Part shown: positions 54,855 through 62,252 of the stretch, piece after piece
Layout: each line of letters starts with the position of its first letter
Position numbering within the stretch: position 1 is the stretch's first letter
DNA from: Acidimicrobiaceae bacterium
Lineage (GTDB): Bacteria; Actinomycetota; Acidimicrobiia; Acidimicrobiales; Aldehydirespiratoraceae
DNA length: 62,252 nt
Direction: 5' to 3'
Assembly (NCBI GenBank): GCA_028820455.1
Contig: JAPPJC010000057.1
Location: 43,608-105,859 of the forward strand
Position numbers and translations under genes: made by a program
Notes under the pieces: model-generated
What the model saw: only the letters and a program-made list of their open reading frames with translations
The model's database searches: none
Told to the model about the DNA's origin: nothing

Positions 54855-55466
54855 TCATCTCTCAAATAGACGCTTCATCCAGTTGATGAAACTCTCTGCT
54901 AAGGAGGCTTGCGTGTCGAAATCACCTGCTTGGATTGCAGTGCCCATATGACGTGGCCTCGGTCGAGCCGCCAGCCATGCGTGTACTTGTGCCTTGATGA
55001 GCGGAGAGGGTCGGTGTGGATCGGGTATGGATTTGATGTAGTCCTGCGCGAGGGGCCACACGACGTCGTTTTGAGGGATCATCGCAGCTACGAAGTCCTC
55101 AAGTTGTCCTTCGTTCTGGTTATCCGGCATTATCCATACTCCAACCCTGGGCATGCCCTGGATGACTGATCCCGTCGGATCCAGGTCCGGTTGTACGGCG
55201 GTATCGGCGCGGCTCAACTGATTTCTAACCGCCTGCCATCGTGCCGCGATGTCGTTGTTGGCATCCAAAACAACACCAAGCGCAGTCCTGCCCGACACTT
55301 CTACCTCGTTTCGAATGCTTCTCAATAGGCGGTCCTTGCCATTTTTGTCGATAATGGAAAAGTCGCAGGAAAAGCCAGCGTGCTCACACAATTCGCGGAT
55401 CACACGTTCGTCGTCACGGCCTTCGACTAACAGCACCCGTTCAGAAACAGGATTTGGTCGTATCAC
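54855..55466 (-). CDS. Toprim-like (DUF3226/DUF4435-type) partner of the upstream ATPase
   Basis: ERVLLVEGRDDERVIREL ... ALGVVLDANND is a Toprim E-G-x-D-D plus DxD/N pattern. 7 nt after the ATPase stop. Confidence 0.55.
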   Translation of the reverse strand: MIRPNPVSERVLLVEGRDDERVIRELCEHAGFSCDFSIIDKNGKDRLLRSIRNEVEVSGRTALGVVLDANNDIAARWQAVRNQLSRADTAVQPDLDPTGSVIQGMPRVGVWIMPDNQNEGQLEDFVAAMIPQNDVVWPLAQDYIKSIPDPHRPSPLIKAQVHAWLAARPRPRHMGTAIQAGDFDTQASLAESFINWMKRLFER

Positions 55467-55473
55467 GTGGTAG

Positions 55474-56649
55474 CTACCTCACCTCGATACCCTGCGCGGC
55501 GGATACGCTGAGATCTTCAGCGAAGTATTCGGTCGCACGGACGCTGTCACCTCTGCGTTCTAAACGGATAAGGCCTGCTTCGGTGCTTTCGTTTTCTTGT
55601 GCAGCAGCTGCGAAACCGACAATACAATCCCAACTGTGTGTAGTAGCGATTACCTGAACATTGTGATTCTCAGCAGCACGAAACACGAATCCCCAAAACT
55701 CGCTCTGAAGTGAATGGTGAACCCCGTTCTCCGCCTCATCAATCAAGAGAAACCCGCCTGTGGCGTTCGCTAGAGCGATAGCCATACTGAACAGGCGCAC
55801 GGCACCATCGCCGAGGCTACGCAGTGGAACCCGTCGGCCTGTCTTCAACTTGACAACAACCCGACGCCCAAACGTCTGCCGCGCTCCCGGTACTACTGCT
55901 ACGCCATCGATTCCTTGGTTAGACGCGAGCTGGAGTGCGTCGAGAGCCGAGGATTCACTTTGAGTCAAAGCAATTTCGCCCCATAGTCTGTCCAACTCCC
56001 GATTGTTTAGTAGTCCAGGCCCTAGACAATGGTAATTCACAAGATCGGGTCGATCTCCTGTACTAGGTCCGCGTGCTGCTCGCGACCATGGAATGTATGG
56101 AGGACGCTTTGTATTGATCGTATTGTCGAAGACCAACAAGCACTCGGTGAACTCATTGAACGAAGTCTTCAGAACGGGGCCGTCAACCACGTCTAGTCTT
56201 CTACTTTGTGTGAGTATCGCATCGGGTAGGTCATCGACAGATGATATTTCTACATGAAGCCGGGGCTGGTCTTCATCGTCGGGTCCGATTGAAAATGTCG
56301 TCCCGACAACCGGATCTCTGCCATGGAACAATGCTTCAAAGCTCAGAGACTCCGCAAAATCATTTTCCTCGTCCCGACGTCTTACGATCTCTTCATTTCG
56401 TGTCAGGATATCACCAAGTGATGACAAGTTGCCACGATCAGCAAAAATCCGCACCGCGTCCAAAACAGTTGTCTTACAAGTACCGTTACGACCTGTCAAC
56501 AGTGTCACTCGACCCAAACGACTGATCTCCAAATGGTCGATACCACGAAAGCCGCTTATCCGCAACGATGGTAACTGTAAAGGGTTGTCCTCAATTTGGT
56601 CGATCATACGGCTCTTCGTCTGTCTTGGTGTTTCATCGTAATGTATCAT
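55474..56649 (-). CDS. AAA_21/ABC-type ATPase (AriA-like)
   Basis: LRISGFRGIDHLEI..VTLLTGRNGTCKTTVLDAVRIF (Walker A), FLLIDEAENGVHHS (Walker B) and ATTHSWD (H-loop). Confidence 0.7.
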   Translation of the reverse strand: MIHYDETPRQTKSRMIDQIEDNPLQLPSLRISGFRGIDHLEISRLGRVTLLTGRNGTCKTTVLDAVRIFADRGNLSSLGDILTRNEEIVRRRDEENDFAESLSFEALFHGRDPVVGTTFSIGPDDEDQPRLHVEISSVDDLPDAILTQSRRLDVVDGPVLKTSFNEFTECLLVFDNTINTKRPPYIPWSRAARGPSTGDRPDLVNYHCLGPGLLNNRELDRLWGEIALTQSESSALDALQLASNQGIDGVAVVPGARQTFGRRVVVKLKTGRRVPLRSLGDGAVRLFSMAIALANATGGFLLIDEAENGVHHSLQSEFWGFVFRAAENHNVQVIATTHSWDCIVGFAAAAQENESTEAGLIRLERRGDSVRATEYFAEDLSVSAAQGIEVR

Positions 56650-57041
56650 AGCTACGATTGGCTAGCTACCGTCTTGCCGCGGATGAATTATTCACATACT
56701 AGGGGGATGTCGAATGATTCCGCTGGAGTGCCCTTTTTGGTGGATCTGAGGTTGGGAGGGCGACAGCACACTCTGGCATGATGTCCATTGTGATGTGAGA
56801 GTGTTTGTTCTTACACTTTAAACTGAGTACATTATGATAATGCTTCTACTGAACCGGAAATCACTGATTGGATGACCAGACTGGAGAATCTTGGCCACAC
56901 TCAACGTTGTAGCCGTCGCTGAACTGGTCGATAGTGATTGAACATATGTCCCAGACTAGAAATCCTAACCACGGACACAGACACTCGTTTGGCTGTTCAG
57001 GGTTGGGGATGACTCCATTGAGGCCGTCATCTCGGGTATGG

Positions 57042-58109
57042 ATGATGTGCAGCATACGAGCAACAAGCTGCATAGTAGTGTTGACTGCGTTGTCTTTCAT
57101 CCTCGGGGCGTGTGCAAGCAATGAAGTCAACTCATATACAGAGCCAAGCATTGAGAACAGTGAGTCGGAGTTGACAGCACCCTCCGATACGGCCGGGGTC
57201 ATCGTAACAACAACAAAGCCGTCAGCCACAGATGCGGCCGCAGCACCTGATACGACGGTGCCTGAGGTGACACCAGAGGTGACGGTGCCTGCGTCGCCTG
57301 ATACGACGGTGCCTGAGGTGACAGTGCAGGCGATGATGCTGCGTTGTTCGGTCAGTGAGGTAACATCAGTGTCCGATCTGACATCTGGGACTGCGTTATC
57401 CGATCCTACTGTTTCGCTACCCGGGGAATCGTATGAGTTTGGGCCGCCCCCTGGTGAGGCACTGGCAATAGTTGGGGTCTCCTGGGACGACATGCTGAAC
57501 ATCCGCGATGTGCCTGGTGGTGAACTCATCGCCAGGATTGAAAATCTCGGGGGTGGAGAAGGTGGAGGAAGCGACTTACTGTATTATGTCTACGCAGCGT
57601 CGTCTGAGGAGGTCATCGCCATGGTTTACCCGATAGTTGCCACCGGCAGAACCCGCCGACTGCCTACGACGATCTGGCACGAAGTTAGCGTCGGTGACAT
57701 CGTGGGCTGGGCGAGTGGTGCCTATCTCGCGCCCCTGGGGGTGTGGTGCCAAGACGAGACCGCTCGCGTCGTGGAGGCTCTGGGTGGGGTCCCCGTAGCT
57801 GATACTCTGGAGGAACTGGGCGTGGAGGTTTCGAAGGTATTCACATCCAACGGTGAGACGCGGTCACGGGTAACGATCTCGACTGGTCCGGGCATCTTTG
57901 AAGGTCAGGGCGGTATCGTCCTGGACGTGATCGGTTTACCCGACGACTCTACTAGAGGCTACCGTATCGAGGTTGGGGCCAGCCCTGGCGTTGAGGATTG
58001 GATGCAAGTCCCGGTTGCCGACGCGGGGCCATTTACGCTTCAATACGTCATCACAACCCCCATTTGTTACAACTTCCGAGGTACAAGCGAGGAAGGCTTC
58101 TGCAACTAG
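57042..58109 (+). CDS. Secreted lipoprotein with a Thr/Pro-rich linker and an SH3b-like segment
   Basis: MMCSIRATSCIVVLTALSFILGAC has a lipobox. It includes DMLNIRDVPGGELIARI. The competing minus-strand ORF 56861-57529 is low-complexity. Confidence 0.6.
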   Translation: MMCSIRATSCIVVLTALSFILGACASNEVNSYTEPSIENSESELTAPSDTAGVIVTTTKPSATDAAAAPDTTVPEVTPEVTVPASPDTTVPEVTVQAMMLRCSVSEVTSVSDLTSGTALSDPTVSLPGESYEFGPPPGEALAIVGVSWDDMLNIRDVPGGELIARIENLGGGEGGGSDLLYYVYAASSEEVIAMVYPIVATGRTRRLPTTIWHEVSVGDIVGWASGAYLAPLGVWCQDETARVVEALGGVPVADTLEELGVEVSKVFTSNGETRSRVTISTGPGIFEGQGGIVLDVIGLPDDSTRGYRIEVGASPGVEDWMQVPVADAGPFTLQYVITTPICYNFRGTSEEGFCN

Positions 58110-58381
58110 ATCCACAATACGGCCCTAGCATCGTCCAAGGATCGGGAACGTGGAGCTATTGTTAGAGCTGGAATCGCGGAGAGCTATATTTTCTTATCGC
58201 GAAAATGTGTCATATAGCACCAAAAACGCGACAAGGATTCTTCTGGTTCGAATTCGCCCATCTCAGACACGAAACCACCCCAGATCGCGAAGTACCGCTA
58301 AAGGCGCGTATCCCGCAAAACTCATCAAGAATCATAGTATGGTAGATATAGCAATCCCTTTTCTACCCTAATGAGGCCCAG

Positions 58382-58501
58382 GTGAGCCTCAACATCAAAA
58401 ACGACGAGACCTGCCAGCTGGCAAGTGAGTTGGCGAGCCTTACCGGTGAGACGAAGACAGGCGCGATCATAACGGTGCGCTCGGTGGACCAGTCACGCTA
58501 G
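58382..58501 (+). pseudogene. Truncated VapB-type (Rv0623-like) antitoxin fragment
   Basis: My translation from the GTG: VSLNIKNDETCQLASELASLTGETKTGAIITVRSVDQSR. It resembles the N-terminal MALNIKD.E...LA.ELA..TGE motif. No toxin gene follows. Confidence 0.35.
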
Positions 58502-58743
58502 CCGACAACGACAGATCGATCAGGAACCGTTCAGCAGCAACTAGCAGACTCTGAAGTAGTATGAATGCAGGGAGTTTGCTGCTACTTTTCTAGTCAGTCT
58601 TTATAACGCCTTAGTAGACTCTTACTGATATGAGCACTCGCTTAATATGAATACTTGAGACTGAACACTCAATATGGCAAAAATCCAAGTTGCAACTAGC
58701 CAGCATGTATATTTTAGCTATTTAGATGATATTTTAGTGTATT

Positions 58744-59763
58744 GTGAATAAACATCAGCAGAAACTTAAAAGATTATTGAATCTCACTACCACATTACTG
58801 GAATCACGTACCCCGTTGACTGCAAAACAATTACGTGAACGTCTTGCTGATGAAGCCTATTCCTCCGATAAAAGCGATACAGCGTTTCGACGTACGTTTG
58901 AACGTGACAAGAAAGACCTCATTTCCATGGGGGTGCCCATAGAAGTCCGAAAACATGCTTATAGCGAATTACCGGTCGATCATTACTACATAGACCAGTC
59001 GGTTTACGCGGAACGTGATTTACGCTTCACCTCCGGTGAGCTGTCGGCCTTACTACTTGCTGCCAGGCAGGTGCGTCTTCCAGGTGCGACGAAAGCATTC
59101 TTGAAAACAGGGATACCCGATCACCAGGAACTCAAATCCACTGGAGTTGCTGAAGGGTCTACCCCTTATGAGCAAACCGAAGCAGGACTTGTTGTCGACC
59201 TACCCTTCAATGACACTGTTTCAACTTTAGCTTCTTGTGCAGCTAGACGCAAAGCTATTCGGTATCGCTACCGCAAAGCTGACGGTTCTACGTCTTCGAG
59301 AGAAGTCGAGCCTTGGCAGATTTCGTTTAAAGAAGGCCGTTGGTATATGGTGGGGTGGGATCGCCATAGAAGACATGAGAGAAATTTTCGAATAGACCGT
59401 ATAAGGCATCCGATAGTAGAAATCGGTGGATTCACAAGTCCTGTAGGCCAGACAGCAGGCATTCAAGCTATGAAGCCTTGGGAATTCGGGAGTGGAGAAC
59501 CTGTCGAGGTGAAGATATGGGTAGATGCCGAGTTGGCCGGTTGGGCTTCTCAGAAGTCGGGTACCAGTGGCTGCCTTCAAGCTGATGATTCACTGATATT
59601 GAAACTGAGAGTACGCAATAGGCCAGCACTGCGTACTTTTGTGTTGAGTATGTTAGAACACGCTAAAATCCTTGAACCCCAGTGGATCAAAGACGAACTG
59701 GTGGCATGGCTGGAGTTCTTTGTCGTAGATAGACCTTCTCAGGTTGATGTCACCGAGGAATGA
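58744..59763 (+). CDS. pafB: HTH + WYL domain regulator (PafB-like)
   Basis: REVEPWQISFKEGRWYMVGWDRHRRHERNFRIDRI is the WYL core. Followed by a second WYL gene. Confidence 0.7.
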   Translation: MNKHQQKLKRLLNLTTTLLESRTPLTAKQLRERLADEAYSSDKSDTAFRRTFERDKKDLISMGVPIEVRKHAYSELPVDHYYIDQSVYAERDLRFTSGELSALLLAARQVRLPGATKAFLKTGIPDHQELKSTGVAEGSTPYEQTEAGLVVDLPFNDTVSTLASCAARRKAIRYRYRKADGSTSSREVEPWQISFKEGRWYMVGWDRHRRHERNFRIDRIRHPIVEIGGFTSPVGQTAGIQAMKPWEFGSGEPVEVKIWVDAELAGWASQKSGTSGCLQADDSLILKLRVRNRPALRTFVLSMLEHAKILEPQWIKDELVAWLEFFVVDRPSQVDVTEE

Positions 59764-59767
59764 AAAC

Positions 59768-60841
59768 ATGAAAGCCTCGTTGAACGCAACCCAACGCGCA
59801 GCTCGCCTGCTTGGATTCATCCCTTGGGTAGCAGAACAGGAAAGTGTTCTGCTCGATGACATAGTATCCCGGTTCGACTACCCGCGCCATCAGCTGATAG
59901 CCGATCTTATGGTTTTATCTTCTGAAGACGCATTTGTGGATGATGACTTGTCTGACACGTTTACAAACGTGGTTTCCATCGACTGGCTTCCGGAGAATGA
60001 CCGGGTTTCGATCAGCTGCCCGAAATGGCTTTCTGATCCTATGCGATTGAACGGAGATGAAGCGGCTCGATTAATGGCTGTGGGTCAAGCCTCACTCAGT
60101 GTTGACGGAGAACCGGGGTCACAGTCGCTGTTGTTGCGCGCGTTGACGAAATTGCAGCTCATGTTGAATGACAAAAAACGAGGGCTCAACACTCGCTCTG
60201 AGTATTTTGAATATGCCCGAAATCCATACAAGAGATCTGCTTCAGAAAGCGCAGAAGAGGATTTTGATTTCACCATCAAAATCAGCTTGAAGGGTGCAGC
60301 AAAAACGATTTTAGAAGATTTGAGGCAAGCCATCACGGAATGTAAGCGTATTGAGATTGAATACTATTCATATGCTCGTGACCACTTTTCAGTTCGTACG
60401 ATAGATCCTTTGAAGGTGTTCTATGGTAGGGGTGCCTGGTATTGTGGTGGATGGTGCCATATAGCCAATAATGAGCGTTTATTTCGGGTTGATCGGATTC
60501 GGTCGTTGAAAGTTACCGATGTGACAGTAGCAACAGATCATTCTGAGTGGCCAACACAAGTACTTGATCCGGCACGGATATTTGATACGGAAAGGCACCA
60601 AAAGTCAGTCACCCTACGTCTTGATAGGGAAGTATGGTGGGCTGTTGAACAGCTTCCCCTGCAGAAACGTCGTGAACTTGATGATGGACGGCTAGAAGTT
60701 GATTTAGTGGTGTCGGAACTTCCATGGCTTGCCCGCCTGCTTTTACAGTTAGGTCCACATGTAGGGTTGATCACCGAAGACCCGTGTATGGCGAGTCTAT
60801 GTTCTACCACAGCAGAAAGTATTCTGAAGTTGTATCGGTGA
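59768..60841 (+). CDS. pafC: WYL domain regulator (PafC-like)
   Basis: RTIDPLKVFYGRGAWYCGGWCHIANNERLFRVDRIRSL. ATG 59768 with GAGGAA upstream lies 5 nt after the pafB-like stop. Confidence 0.7.
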   Translation: MKASLNATQRAARLLGFIPWVAEQESVLLDDIVSRFDYPRHQLIADLMVLSSEDAFVDDDLSDTFTNVVSIDWLPENDRVSISCPKWLSDPMRLNGDEAARLMAVGQASLSVDGEPGSQSLLLRALTKLQLMLNDKKRGLNTRSEYFEYARNPYKRSASESAEEDFDFTIKISLKGAAKTILEDLRQAITECKRIEIEYYSYARDHFSVRTIDPLKVFYGRGAWYCGGWCHIANNERLFRVDRIRSLKVTDVTVATDHSEWPTQVLDPARIFDTERHQKSVTLRLDREVWWAVEQLPLQKRRELDDGRLEVDLVVSELPWLARLLLQLGPHVGLITEDPCMASLCSTTAESILKLYR

Positions 60842-60893
60842 TGTTTAAAACATCGGTTAAAACATCGGAACGGCCGTATGAGCAGAGGGGCTT

Positions 60894-61643
60894 ATGACAC
60901 AAATCTTACCTGAAGACGACAAAAAACCCTGTGAACGCCTGCAAACGTCTCATATATCCCCAGATTCTGAAGATCAAGACCATCCAACTGAGAGAGGCGA
61001 AGCTTCTGACCCGGGTCTTGCTGATGCTGTTTTTTGTGAGCATGATGATTCCCAGGAGAAGCCCAGAGGGTTTTACTTGAAAATTCTCAGATCCAAGCGT
61101 GATTTAGTGGTCTTGGCAACTGCAACCGTGGTACTATCGCTGCTTTTGAAGGCTTTTGTCGTACAAGCCTTCTATATACCCTCGGAGTCTATGATCCCAA
61201 CTCTATTGATCAATGACAGGGTACTCGTCGAAAAAATCAGCTACCGTTTCAGAGACATAAAAAGAGGCGACATTGTTGTGTTCAACAAGCCAACCCCCGG
61301 TTACCACATAAGCGAGCTGATTAAAAGGGTTGTAGCTGTAGGTGGTGACACTTTTGAAATACAAGACGGCATCATATACGTCAACGATGAGCCCCTAGAC
61401 GAATCATACTTGCCTGCTGATGTGGATACTCTTCCGAAGTGGCCTATTCCTGATTGCGGCAACCCGGCCAGACGAGACTATTGCGAGGTACCTTTGGGTA
61501 AAATACTTGTGCTGGGTGATAATCGTGAACACAGTCGTGACGGCCGGTTTTACGGTCCAGTGGATACGGATTCTGTAATCGGCAGGGCTTTTGTTAAGGT
61601 GTGGCCGTTGGATCGCGTTGGCTTTTTCAGTGGCGGCTTTTAG
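60894..61643 (+). CDS. lepB: Signal peptidase I
   Basis: IPSESMIPTLLINDRVLVEKISY (catalytic Ser box), KRVVAVGGDT (Lys box) and VLGDNREHSRDGRFYGPV. Confidence 0.9.
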   Translation: MTQILPEDDKKPCERLQTSHISPDSEDQDHPTERGEASDPGLADAVFCEHDDSQEKPRGFYLKILRSKRDLVVLATATVVLSLLLKAFVVQAFYIPSESMIPTLLINDRVLVEKISYRFRDIKRGDIVVFNKPTPGYHISELIKRVVAVGGDTFEIQDGIIYVNDEPLDESYLPADVDTLPKWPIPDCGNPARRDYCEVPLGKILVLGDNREHSRDGRFYGPVDTDSVIGRAFVKVWPLDRVGFFSGGF

Positions 61644-61748
61644 AGGCTGTCGCGTTGCCATGTACTGGTTGTGGGGTTGTGGTTTGGGTTTGGTTGTGCT
61701 GGGTTGATTGTGGTCTAACTGTTGTAGAGGTGTTGTTATAGTGTGATT

Positions 61749-62252
61749 ATGACTGATAGTAGTAAGGTAACGGGCTTGTTGTTGATTGTGTTTGTGGTGC
61801 TGTTGGCTGGTTGTTCTGCAAGTACGAGTTCTCCTACATCGCCGCAGGCCACGGCTGGTGGTGGCAGTGTTGCGACTACCCGGGGTAGTGCGGGTACGTT
61901 ACCCGGTGGTGCTGTCGATGATCGTGCTCTTGTTGCTGTTGCTACCGGCGGTTATCATTCGTGTGTGTTGGATGGTAGTGGGCGTGTGACCTGTTGGGGT
62001 GACAATAGGTCGGGTCAGTTGGATGCGCCTGGTGGTTCTTATACTGCTGTTAGTGCTGGAGCGTTGCATTCTTGTGCGTTGGATGATAGTGGAGGTGTGA
62101 CCTGTTGGGGTCGTAATGAATATGGCGAGTCGGATGCGCCTGATGGTTCTTATACTGCTGTTGCTACCGGCGATTATCATTCGTGTGTGTTGGATGGTAG
62201 TGGGCGTGTGACCTGCTGGGGTGACAACAGTTTCGGCGAGTTGGATGCGCCT
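61749..62252 (+). CDS. RCC1-repeat lipoprotein, partial (runs off the window)
   Basis: My translation: MTDSSKVTGLLLIVFVVLLAGCSAS... then repeats of YHSCVLDGSGRVTCWGDN..G. It is a paralogue of the 8005-10977 protein. Not in the track because there is no stop. Confidence 0.8.
   Translation, partial: MTDSSKVTGLLLIVFVVLLAGCSASTSSPTSPQATAGGGSVATTRGSAGTLPGGAVDDRALVAVATGGYHSCVLDGSGRVTCWGDNRSGQLDAPGGSYTAVSAGALHSCALDDSGGVTCWGRNEYGESDAPDGSYTAVATGDYHSCVLDGSGRVTCWGDNSFGELDAP

Noticed and set aside
56861-57529. 222-aa minus-strand ORF
   Set aside because: Its sequence is low-complexity (VTSG and similar repeats). It overlaps the plus-strand lipoprotein gene, which has a proper signal peptide and lipobox.

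Overview
This 62-kb window reads as an actinobacterial-type chromosome segment. The right edge is core genome: tandem WYL regulators (pafB/pafC-like), signal peptidase I and an RCC1-repeat lipoprotein. Almost everything from 1 to about 58.5 kb is a composite, heavily rearranged defence and toxin-antitoxin island.

Modules I can support from motifs:
- A RecQ helicase fused to a ComFC-like PRTase, translationally coupled to a DprA/Smf-like protein (PsyrTA/ShosTA-type pair).
- A Gp37/Gp68 (DUF5131) gene.
- Two vapBC pairs.
- A GmrSD-type DUF262/DUF1524 enzyme.
- A complete class 1 DISARM locus (drmD, drmMI, drmA, drmB, drmC).
- A Lamassu/ABC-3C-like SIR2 + middle component + Rad50-like ATPase operon.
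- Gabija (gajAB).
- A GHKL(paraMORC)-nuclease next to an orphan vsr.
- A PARIS-like ATPase/Toprim pair.

There are also many decayed fragments: hsdM, mazF, NYN, eda, DUF4143, DUF1156, helicase, IS481 and IS1595.

Most unusual observations:
1. A visibly AT-rich, tightly coupled four-gene cassette (wHTH, membrane protein, PD-(D/E)xK, TGT/DpdA-like protein) sits between drmMI and drmA.
2. A degraded ghost of the recQ-dprA module lies immediately upstream of drmA, and its stop still overlaps the drmA ATG.
3. Several long-range repeat families mark module boundaries.

All calls rest on reading motifs by eye. No searches were run.
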